Source: Eledone cirrhosa
Taxonomy: Eukaryota
Length of the DNA: 64,000 nucleotides
Assembly: GCA_964016885.1 (NCBI GenBank)
Contig: OZ024746.1
Coordinates: 89,342,001 to 89,406,000 of the forward strand
Direction: 5' to 3'
The notes beneath the pieces are model-generated. The model did no database searches. It saw only the letters and a program-made list of their open reading frames with translations, and was not told where the DNA came from. Of this stretch, positions 53,538 to 64,000 are shown in pieces. Positions within the stretch are counted from its first letter, which is position 1. The number at the start of each line of letters is the position of its first letter. Both the position numbers and the translations under genes were made by a program.

Positions 53538-54010
53538 TAGGCGGTGAATTGTCAGAGTCGTGAGAACATAGGTTAGCATGCTTTGTAGGATTTGTTTCGG
53601 CACTTCCTCTCTGAGATCAAATCCCGCCGAGGTCGAATTTGCCTTTCATCTATTCAAGGTCGATAAAAACGTATCTGTGTAGTACTGAAATGGTTTCTTC
53701 CTTTATATGTCGTTTTTACTTCCATTATGTGAAGGCACATGATTTAGTGGTTAGAACATTGGGATTGTGATCGTAAGGTTGTGAGTTCGATTCTCGGATC
53801 GAGTGATGCGTTGTTTTCAGGAGCAAGAAACTTTATTTTACGTTGCTCCAGTTTACTAAGTTGTAGTAACGAGGTACGACGTTACTGGTGTCAAGCTGTA
53901 TCGGCGATTGCCTTTCCCTTGGACAACATCGGTGGCATGGAGAGGGGAGATTGGTATGCATGGGTGACTGCTGGTATTCTACAAACAACCTTGCCCGGAC
54001 TTGTGCCTCG
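53538..54010 (+). mobile_element. SINE main family (53538-53690) followed by SINE second family (53730-54010)
   Basis: B boxes gagatcaaatcc and gagttcgattct. Confidence 0.75.
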
Positions 54011-54897
54011 GACTTGTGCCATATATATGTATGTATATATATATATATATAGTTGAGTATATACAAGGATGTGTCTGTCTAGATATCTTGGTGTGCGTAT
54101 GTACGAGTGTTTGTGATTTACTAGAGTGGCAGAGTGGCAGGATGCAACAGGGAAGCAGGTGCGTCTTTTGCTGTGAAAACCCTTTCGGTGTCGACACTTG
54201 ACCAATGTCCAAGTGGCGTTAGTGATCGTCTCATGTCAATGAGAATTCCTCTGATGTACAATCACTATCACACCATTATCAGTGAATGTGCCCCGTCGAT
54301 GAATTCCAACGAAGAGAGAAACTCGCCTCTTACATGTCTCTCAAGGAACTTGTCGAAAAGAGTGTTTGCGTGCATGTGTGTTATCTAGTGTGTGTATGTG
54401 ACTCAGGATGTAACAGTAATGTGTATATTGTCGCTGGTTGTGTGTATGTATAGACGAACTAGATATTTCTATTGCTCACTACCACGAGTAAATTTGAGAA
54501 CACTACCATGTTTCCCTTCTCAAATATCTATTTCACGGAATCATTTCTTTTTATCTGGTTTATATGTCTTACGATTTAACTTAATTAATATAGTCTCTCT
54601 TATATTCTTTACCTTTCTACATGCCTTTTTTACACATATGTATAATAAAAATCCATCTCATTTTTTTTTCTGAAAGGTGCGGAGGGAGATATGAATTTTC
54701 AAGGTTGTTGGTAAATAGTTGGTATCATCCCTTAACTCCTGATAGTATCGTATGTCATACTGATATACGGCATTTCTTGGCCATTTTAACCCTGACAAAG
54801 CCCATCCTTCTCCAGGCCTGTGTACAGCAGATTTCTCCCAGAGAAAGATAGAAAGTAAAAGAGAGGAAATGAGAAAGAAATATAGAGGAAGATCGGC

Positions 54898-55049
54898 CTA
54901 GTACTAGAATGGTACATTTTTTTTATCGAACTCGAAAGGATGACAGGCAAAGTTGACCTCAGCAGGATTTGAACTCAGAGACTAGAGTCGGAACGAATAC
55001 CATAAAGCATTTTATCTGACGGTCTAATGACTCTGCCAATTTGCCGCCT
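54898..55049 (-). mobile_element. SINE (main family)
   Basis: ggatttgaactcag...tgccaatttgccgcc. Confidence 0.8.
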
Positions 55050-55764
55050 TGGTAAATAGTTCACTATATTCTAAATTTTCAGTTCGTGCATCTGTTTACA
55101 TTATATTTTACTGAACCACTGGAGCTTTTCATTATAATTTTTTTTTTAACGTTTTTGTTTAATTTCTCTGTGACATTTAAAGAATCTCGCAACAAGGAAA
55201 CCACTATATGCAGGCATCACCTGCTAGAACTAGCAAGCAATTCTTATAATCTACTTTATTCAAAATATTAAACAGACAATTAATTATGTAGCCATAGTCT
55301 AAAAAGTGAGACACACATCTTGGTTTGTCTGCTTCAGCGCTGATTATTTGAGATTAAACAAGTCCAATATCGATACCAAACCGATATTTAACAATTGGGT
55401 CAATCGTAAAGTAATAGAGTAGTTTCTAATTTATTTTCTTTTAAAGGACGGTTGAATATGCGTGCATAATTCGGACTATATGAATGTTTGTGTGTGTTAC
55501 TAATGGGAGCGTGCGTTTGTTTATGTGTATGCGTATATGATATTTTGAATGCGCGTGTGTATGTGTATGTTATTTGTGTTTTTGTTTTGTCGCGCAGTGC
55601 CGCAGAGCCTGTGCGTATATACCTAACTGTGTGTGTGATTAGTACGAGTATGTGTCTGCCAAGATATATTGGTGGGTATATGTGCACACACAATTTCAGG
55701 GCTTAATATTATGCGCGCGCACAATAATACGCAGTCCCTTCCACCTTCATATATATATATATAT

Positions 55765-56160
55765 ATTGTTTCTACTTTTAGCACAAGGCCAGCAATTACC
55801 TTAGTGCATTTATGGTACTTTATTTTATAGCCTCTGTAAGCATGAAAGGGAAAGCTAACCACGGCGCGATTTGAACGCATAACGTAAAGGGCCATAACTC
55901 TATGCTGCGCAAAGCATGGTATGCGACGCTCTACCGATACTGCGAATCCACCATACACCCATATATATATAATTGTTTCTACTTTTGGGACTAGGCCTCC
56001 AATCATCCCAGTGCATTACTGGGGCTTTATTGTATACCCCCCACCCCCGCAAGGATGAAAAAGGAAAGCTAATCTCGGTGGGAATTGAACTCAAAACGTA
56101 AAGGGTCATAATTCTCTGCTGCAAAGCAGGGTGTCTACCGATAATACAAATACATCACCC
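55765..56160 (-). mobile_element. Two diverged tandem SINE copies
   Basis: Copies at 55765-55952 and 55970-56160 with main-family motifs. Confidence 0.8.
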
Positions 56161-56379
56161 CCATATATATATGTGCGTTATATAATGTAGGTTCTTCAAG
56201 AATGTTTTTTTTATTACTGGAAGCGGTATCAACAAGAGTTTTCAATGGTATAGCAGAGTGTATATATTAAATTTGTGTTACACACATAATCCGTAATAAA
56301 GGGCACTTTACCAGATTTTCTCATATATATTTTATAGTGATCGACTATTATTATGGTAATTCGCGTTGCTAGGTACACG

Positions 56380-56491
56380 TATATGTATATATGTATATGT
56401 GTATATATATATATATATATGTTTGTGTGTGTATGTATATATATATATATATGTTTGTGTGTGTATGTATATATATATATATGTTTGTGTG

Positions 56492-56531
<40 letters not shown>

Positions 56532-56570
56532 GGAATACTGTTAGCTTCTCGCTACAACAATTTCTATACT

Positions 56571-56613
<43 letters not shown>

Positions 56614-56699
56614 CACACACAGATATTCACGCATATATATATATATATATATGTACACACACAGATATTCACGCATATATATATATATATACACACATG

Positions 56700-56737
<38 letters not shown>

Positions 56738-56930
56738 TATACACGCATATATATATATATATATATATATATAAACATACGAATATATATTTATATATAT
56801 GTATACACACATATATATATACACGCATATACACGCATATATATGTATATACACATATGTATATATATATATATACACACACATATATACACATATATAT
56901 ATACACGCATATATATATATATATATATAC

Positions 56931-56985
<55 letters not shown>

Positions 56986-57027
56986 TACACACGCATATAT
57001 GTATACAGATATGTATATATATATATA

Positions 57028-57066
<39 letters not shown>

Positions 57067-57124
57067 GCGTACATAAAAATATATACACATATATATATAT
57101 GCGGATATATATAAGACATTTAAA

Positions 57125-57164
<40 letters not shown>

Positions 57165-57250
57165 CTTATAAATGTCATATATATATCCGCATAAATATAT
57201 ATTGTGTATATATGAGTATATTTTCATATACGCTTATATGTATATATATA
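56380..57250. repeat. Compound (TA)n/(CA)n microsatellite field, one of many in the window
   Basis: Seen directly. It generates the poly-YI/HT pseudo-ORFs. Confidence 0.97.
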
Positions 57251-57659
57251 TGAGAGAAAGAGACTTCCTACACCCATATCTAATATTCTTCATAAATATT
57301 CTTAAAGTTAAGCATTAGTACCTAAACAACAAAATAACAAGCCTTCTATACTGTTTTGATATCACATCAATGTGTTTTATTTATTTTCTCATGTTGCTAT
57401 AAAACAAATCTTACGTCAACGGTTATTACATCTTCAAGAGCAAAGAATTTGTAGAAAGGAAATTGCAGTGGTAAATGATGTATGTTTATGTATCTCTAAT
57501 TTCTAAACCGATAACTGTCTTCTGTTCACTCCTTCTCTCTCTCTCCGTCCTTCCTCTCTCTCTCATGTATATATATATATGTGTGTGTGGGAGTATGTTT
57601 ATGTATACATGTATGTTTATATACATACTCATACACACATATTCACACACACACATATA

Positions 57660-57708
<49 letters not shown>

Positions 57709-58401
57709 TAAAATAACAGATTAAAGTTTAAGCAAAGAATCGATCTATATATATATATGTTTGTGTGAGCGTGTGTCAGCGCTTGCACTTATATATATCT
57801 ATATCTATAGATATTTATAAAGAGAGAAAAGATGTATTTGTGAGGGTGTGTGATCTATGTATTTAGAAATTTGGAAAGATAGAGGGGAAGATTAGACACG
57901 GGTGGCTGGAACTTCATACATTTATGCAAACATATATCTATGTGTTTACGTGTACATGAAAATATATACTTAAAATCAATTACTTTTTTCATTGTTTGAG
58001 CTTTCATCAGCAGTTAAAAAGAAAATCGTCCTTCTCTCAACAAATAATAAATGCCTATAATAAATTTCAATTACATCGCTTGAAACTACTTTATTTTACA
58101 ACAAACAGGATACCTCATCAATCATGCCTTGCATTCACCGAAACAATACAGAAGTAATGTCGATTTGGTCATGTTTTCAAAATCATGTAGAATTTCCATT
58201 TCAAGCTTCTGCAGAAACTCCAAAAAGTATAACTATATATGTAAATGTGTTTGTTACATTCTTTTCTGTTTATTTTATCTTTACCGTTATTTATATTACT
58301 ATATGTCTTATATTATTTCAAATACTCAATCATTGATAGAATGTTTCATGATTTCATTATTGCGTACATTTTTTTAAATTCGTGCTTGCCTGCGTATTTA
58401 T

Positions 58402-58678
58402 TTGTCTGATTTACTCGTTTTATTTACAATCCTTTAAAATTTATAATGGTATTATAATGAAATAGTATGATAGAATATTAAATGTTAAGTGTTAATTGAA
58501 CAAGTACTTTCAAGTACTTTCATGCTGTCGCAATCTTCAGGTTCATAATGTGTGGTGACAGTCAAGTTTGCAATTGAAAATTGCAAACTTCTTTAAAGGA
58601 TTCTAAATAAAACGAGTAAATCAGACAAAGTTGGAATTCCTTTTATTAATATAATCTTCTATACACAATCATACACAT
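58402..58678. mobile_element. Second, internally deleted copy of the 16.2 kb hammerhead fold-back element
   Basis: The left arm is intact with a hammerhead at ~58497-58545 (-) containing a 10 bp duplication. The right arm has lost its hammerhead. Confidence 0.82.
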
Positions 58679-58697
58679 TGTCTATGAGTGCAAGTTG

Positions 58698-58733
<36 letters not shown>

Positions 58734-60117
58734 CAACTTGCACTCATAGACATACACACAGAAATAGTTACAACAGTGACATAAACAGATACTTAAGTAT
58801 CGTTGGGTTCCGGACCCCAACTCATTCAGCCTGTCATAAAAAATAAAAATGTATATATGTTAAATAAAGAAATAGCTACTACAGGTCTAGAGCTGTTTCA
58901 TTCAATAGAAATCAGCAGGCCTTACGGGATGATTTCTTTTGAATGAAACAGTTCTAGTCAGGCAGAATCAATTTCTATATTAATCATGATCCAGAAGTAT
59001 TTGTGTATATATAAACACATGCATATCAATGTGGGTTTGAGTATATCTAGGGAATTGCGTATTCTGTTCTCTTATGCCCCCCCCCCCCACACACACACAC
59101 AATCATTAGTACACGAGAATTTCATCGAACATTTTAACATTCCTCCTCGTGTATTCTATAACATTTTATAACTTACTATTGAATTTTGCTTTTTAATCAA
59201 TTGTTTGCTTATGATTCTTTCATATTATCTTATTCCAATAATTACGTAGTTTACTAGAGTTTCGTATTTGCGGTATTTCCCGATTTGCTTTGTAGTAATT
59301 TTCTCACAGAAAAAAACTCTCAGTTCCGCATCAGCGATATGAATGTGTTCCCAAGAAATCACCACACAAGGCGATTTAATAAACTTCTTAATCAATGATC
59401 TGCTACAACCATTATGTACATTTCAAGGACGTCAAAAAATATTCGAGAATACGCGTACACAAAAGGAAAACAAAACTATTCTTATTAATATTTACACGCT
59501 TGTCTGGTGAAAACAACATATACATGTTGCATAACAAGTATTTAATATCTTTTCAAATCTTAACTATAATAAAGGGAGGTGTGCTGGACTATATTGAATG
59601 TAATTTTTTATCCCCTTAATAAAATAAATTGCATTACTTTGAATAAATTATAAATTCATATTACATAATTTATGTACTTAATTTCGTAGCTGTTGATTAA
59701 ACATAAATATTCTTATATATAATGGTTGCTTATTTTAAGATTCACATCTTTAAAATTTTCAAATATCAATAACTCCGCGTTTCATACAACGTATGCTATA
59801 CCACATCGATTATATAAGCGTTCATATATTTTATCATTATATCATAACGTTTATATTTCCCTCGCTAATTATCTCCTTTTTCGTTTTAATTATATTTCAC
59901 CATAATGCAGTTTATATATAATATCATATTTTTTAAATGTATCATGGATTCCTTTACTGATTACAGAAGAGAGTGTAACACAGTCTCTCCTCAATGTCTG
60001 TGCATAGTGTCAATTCCGATATTATTTGACATATCATATCTATATGCATATATATTTGCATATAATATCAATATGTACACTACACATGCTAATAAACGCA
60101 ATGAATACATAACATAT

Positions 60118-60270
60118 GAAACCATCAACACCAAAAACAGAGAGCTGGCATATCTAAGAACTGACTAACTGCCTGATGAGGTCATAGCCATTCAATGGCT
60201 TTCATCGAAATATATATAGCAGTAAATAAAGGATTATGAGTTCATGCAATTGACTTATATTTCGTCACTA
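60118..60270 (+). mobile_element. Hammerhead mini-element copy 3
   Basis: Reverse complement of the 19262-19428 family; the 3' end abuts (TA)n. Confidence 0.85.
60168..60223 (+). ncRNA. Minimal type I hammerhead ribozyme, intact core
   Basis: actgc-CTGATGA-g..agccat-tca-atggct..c-GAAA-tatata-TA-gcagt. Confidence 0.87.
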
Positions 60271-60518
60271 TATATATATATATACACACACACACTCATG
60301 TCCACACCCAGTCACATACACACACACACACACACGTGTGTATATATATTAATGTATATATCAAAGTCCACTTGTTGTACCTCAAATGCAACAGATTCCC
60401 TATGTCCAAGGTCAAAGTATGCACTTCAATGACCGCATCGTGGAGGCGGTTAGGTAGCGAAAGTAAACATGTTTCAGAAATATCATTAAATTGTTGAGCC
60501 TCAGTTGAAACTAATTAA

Positions 60519-60830
60519 ATAATTGTTTGTACTTTTGCCACAAGGCCAGCAATTACCCCAGTGCATTACTGGTACTTCATTTTATCGACCCCGTAAGCAT
60601 GAAAGGCAAAGTTAACCTTGGCGGGATTTGAAACTAATTAAATAATTGTTTGTACTTTTGGCACAAGGCCAGCAATTAACCCAGTGCATTACTGGTACTT
60701 TATTTTATCGACCTCGTAAGGATGAAAGGCAAAGTTAACCTCGGCGGGATTTGAACTCAGATCATACAGGGAGATAACTCTATGCTTCAAAGCATAGCGT
60801 CCGACCCTCTACTGATACTGCCAATCCACC
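60519..60830 (-). mobile_element. SINE with tandem partial duplicate
   Basis: Copies at 60519-60630 and 60643-60830, both preceded by ttgaaactaattaaat. Confidence 0.88.
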
Positions 60831-61025
60831 GATGTCAGTAGAGTTGAAACGTGAAGCTGAAATATTAGATTTTGAAAATGTAAGTGGGAAATACTTCAAT
60901 TTTTATTGTATTAATTCTCATTACGTACACAACGTACCAATATGTACATAATCTACGCAGCTACTCAGCTGCTGCGCACACACATATGTATGAACATACA
61001 CTCACAGACTCATATTTATATGTAT

Positions 61026-61064
<39 letters not shown>

Positions 61065-61075
<11 letters not shown>

Positions 61076-61523
61076 TGCCCCCTCGTTATCGAGTATGGCC
61101 ATTGCTGGATATACCATAATTAATAATTATTAATTAATTCTATCGTGCAATGCCTGTGCATGAAGATATTGTTTAAAGTGAGGAAAGACTGTGCACTGAA
61201 CCAATCCGATTCTCTGAGCGACAGTAGCTATAATCCGAAAAGAAGAAAAGATCAACATCCTCGGTAACTACTGAGCCACAGGTTTTATATCAGAGTTATC
61301 CCAGTTTCCTGAGTTGCCTTCTCCTGGAAGAATGCCCTGACAAAGGCTAGGGGTCGTTCACTCCCAGTGGTTTCACCGTGCGGTATATTTGTATATACAT
61401 ATTTACACTCTTTTGGATGGCCGTTGACTCTTATGAGATCTTCCGCCCTTCGTCAGGTTTTGTTTTTTGTCCTGCAGTGTGTCCAAAATCCAAGTAAACT
61501 TGGGGGGGGGGCGGTTTAGTCGC
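61065..61523 (-). mobile_element. Non-autonomous RTE derivative (5'UTR joined to a putative 3' end) between TA-rich tracts
   Basis: The reverse complement matches the 5'UTR of the 4.1 kb RTE (gcgactaaac, ctgcaggac, taagagtcaa.ggccatccaaaa, tagcctttgtca, aggagaagg, actctgatataa). Confidence 0.7.
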
Positions 61524-61635
61524 ATATATACATACATATATACATACATGGATAAATTGTCCAAAAATATTTACACCCACATGCATATACACAGAAGCAG
61601 ACAGAAATATATTTATATATACATACACACGCACA

Positions 61636-61701
<66 letters not shown>

Positions 61702-61821
61702 TATATATGTGTGTACATATATATGTGTGTGTGTATAAAAAGTAAACAGAAATAACAACACAATCGGTACAGTATATGTAAGGAATATATAAGGTTAATG
61801 CTTGAAATAGCAGCAAGAGGG

Positions 61822-61857
61822 TCTTAACGTTTCGGACGCTAGTCCTTCATCAGAAGA
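61822..61857 (-). ncRNA. Minimal type I hammerhead ribozyme (Penelope pLTR type), intact
   Basis: tctt-CTGATGA-a-ggac-tagc-gtcc-GAAA-cg-TT-aaga. Confidence 0.88.
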
Positions 61858-62255
61858 AAGAATGAGAAATAAGATAGATTGAAGGGACGGGCGGGTTGGA
61901 ATTGGAAACAATATCTTTAGATAAAAATAACAGGTTCATTCATGTTTGACATCTCTTATATATATCAGCCTTCTGGCCTGAGACATACTTTAGACTTATA
62001 TATAGTCTAATTAACATTTCATATACATAATATCAAGGCGTGGCCTTAGATTTCAGGGTCCGGTTGTGGCTACCATTCTATAGTGGAGGAGCCGTTTCAA
62101 TTCTGGCCATAACTAGAACTCGAAACCTAAGTTTGCGAATACATGTTAAATATAAGAAATGTAAATTACACTAAATAAGCTCGCTTGCAATAGATTAAAC
62201 TGTTTTCTCCTTAGCCATTTACCTACGGATATCATGCATGCACACTCAGCACCCT

Positions 62256-62312
<57 letters not shown>

Positions 62313-62499
62313 TTTCCGGGTGTTTGAGAGTGTTCCTGTAGATCTGTTTATATAGAAAACAGACATACATAACAGATTTTGCTTCATGCAAATTATATTG
62401 AATCACAACTGTTTCAAGTTAATTTTTTAAATAAATATTTTCCATGTTAATTTATTAGTTACTTATGTTTATTTTGCCGTATTAACTTTCCTAAATCCA

Positions 62500-64000
62500 G
62501 TCATATTTTAAGAAACCCATCATTTATTTGAATCAAATAATGATGGTTCAATGCTGCTCTGTTTCTTTTTATTCAGCATGAGCTTTAGAGTTAATATCAT
62601 TACTGATAATTTTTGAATACTGATTTTAAAATTGTGTAATTGTAAATTTCTCTTTACTTTTGTTTGTGGTTCATGTGGGTTGTATCTTCTTTTGTATTTA
62701 TTGTATTATGTTAAAAATGTTGCCTCTAATTTAGTCTTTTACATTCTAATTCTTTTTGATGGTAAATATTCCAGATACGATTTGTCGATCCAATTATATT
62801 TAGTGTTCTGTAATGCAATCACCAAGAAAGTGTCGCCCGACGTAATAATGCGAATCATAACGTTTGTAACTTGGAAGTTTAAGTTGAAATTTCTGGTGAA
62901 AACTGGTGATACTTTCCTTCCAAAATTGGATATGGTTTACAAAATGTTAATTTTACAGAAAAAGGGTTTAATAGATGAATTACTTACGTATGTAGGACAA
63001 ACGAAACTTCACTAAAATGGGCCAAAATACAGACAAAAAAATGAAATGACTTTCTTTGTTTCTATTAAAATAATTAATTTTCCATTTGCCATAAGCTGAT
63101 ACAGTTTGTTGTTGCTAAAATCTACAGTTGCATGTAATAATTACATGAGATTCTCGTACAACACAGTGATAGCTTTAAACACATGTGCAGAATTTAAATC
63201 TATTTAGTAATAGGGTGACCTATACTATTCAATGCAAAGTGAAATTTATATAATTTTTTTTACGGTGTATATATGACATCTTGCCCATTTAAAATGTTGC
63301 GTAGAAATACTAAGACAATCATTTTTCTAAGGTACTGGATGATAATAGCGCAAAAATAAAACTATCTGGGTAAGACTGAAGTATGAAAGACGTTAAAAAT
63401 AGGGCACACGAAAGAACAATTATCAATGTTAAACTCCCAATTCCCTTTATGCACCATAAGAAGATATCTAGGCTAGAAATAGAGCTCCCACATATATTAC
63501 TACTTATATTTCTAATCAATATTATTGAGACTGCGTAGGCCGTAACGACTGCATCTGAATTACAACTCTCTTAATAAGTACTAAGTGATCGTAATTTACT
63601 CCGTCTACTGCGGAATCGCAAACGATGGAAATGGAGCCATATCTGTTTAATAAAACGTCTAAATCATCAGATATCTTAGGAATTTTATTATGCTAGATCC
63701 TCGTCAGCCAAGTATGAAAGATAATTTTGGCAGTTTTTCAAATGATAAAGCATATTAAATCAACCCAGTAGTTAAATACTTGTAAAATAAATCGGTGTTG
63801 TTTGGTATACAAACACAATGTGCTGCTTTGATATAGGCGTTTTAGAAAAATTTTTTAATGGAATTTCCGACAAAGCCGTGTTTATTTTCTTTTGAATCAC
63901 AATTCTATATAAGTTACCAAAACTTGGGAAATGAAAAGATTTGCATTTAAAGCTGATTAACAATAACACAAAAGGTTTCACTTTAATATATGATATAAAA
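62500..64000 (-). pseudogene. Endogenous Mononegavirales-like L fragment, blocks III-V
   Basis: In order on the minus strand: SKQHIVFVYQTTPIYFTSI*LLG (cf. LKPDETFVHSGFIYFGKKQYLNG), PKISDDLDVLLNRYGSISIVCDSAV, GIGSL...SFILQSYPDSFIFAL (cf. LGG...F..R.FPDP), YVGRHFLGDCITE. Confidence 0.58.

Noticed and set aside
56332-57194. Long ORFs of YI/HT/VC repeats (also at 1.2, 9.5, 19.9, 28.9 and 61.5 kb)
   Set aside because: They are translations of (TA)n/(CA)n microsatellites, which lack stop codons; they are not genes.

Overview
AT-rich eukaryotic, repeat-saturated window with no intact host gene that I can support. The (TA)n/(CA)n microsatellite load and the abundant tRNA-derived SINE family point to an octopus/cephalopod genome (inference). 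It contains relics of RTE, L1/Tx1, R4/Dong, Vingi-like and CRE LINEs, two Penelope-like elements (one Naiad-type, one with inverted pseudo-LTRs), mariner and hAT-like transposase relics, and non-autonomous Helitron-like elements. Two less obvious layers stand out. (1) Decayed endogenous negative-strand RNA virus (Mononegavirales-like) sequence lies between the repeats: an N-like gene at ~11.7-13.0 kb, collinear L-polymerase pieces at ~22.3-33.6 kb (capping GxxT/HR and MTase motifs), a second L piece at ~45.9-47.2 kb, a possible G piece at ~48.7 kb, and a further L piece on the minus strand at ~62.5-64 kb. (2) Several unrelated families of small, often fold-back elements, many next to (TA)n tracts, carry minimal type I hammerhead ribozymes. 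All protein and RNA assignments come from manual translation and motif recognition; no database search was run.
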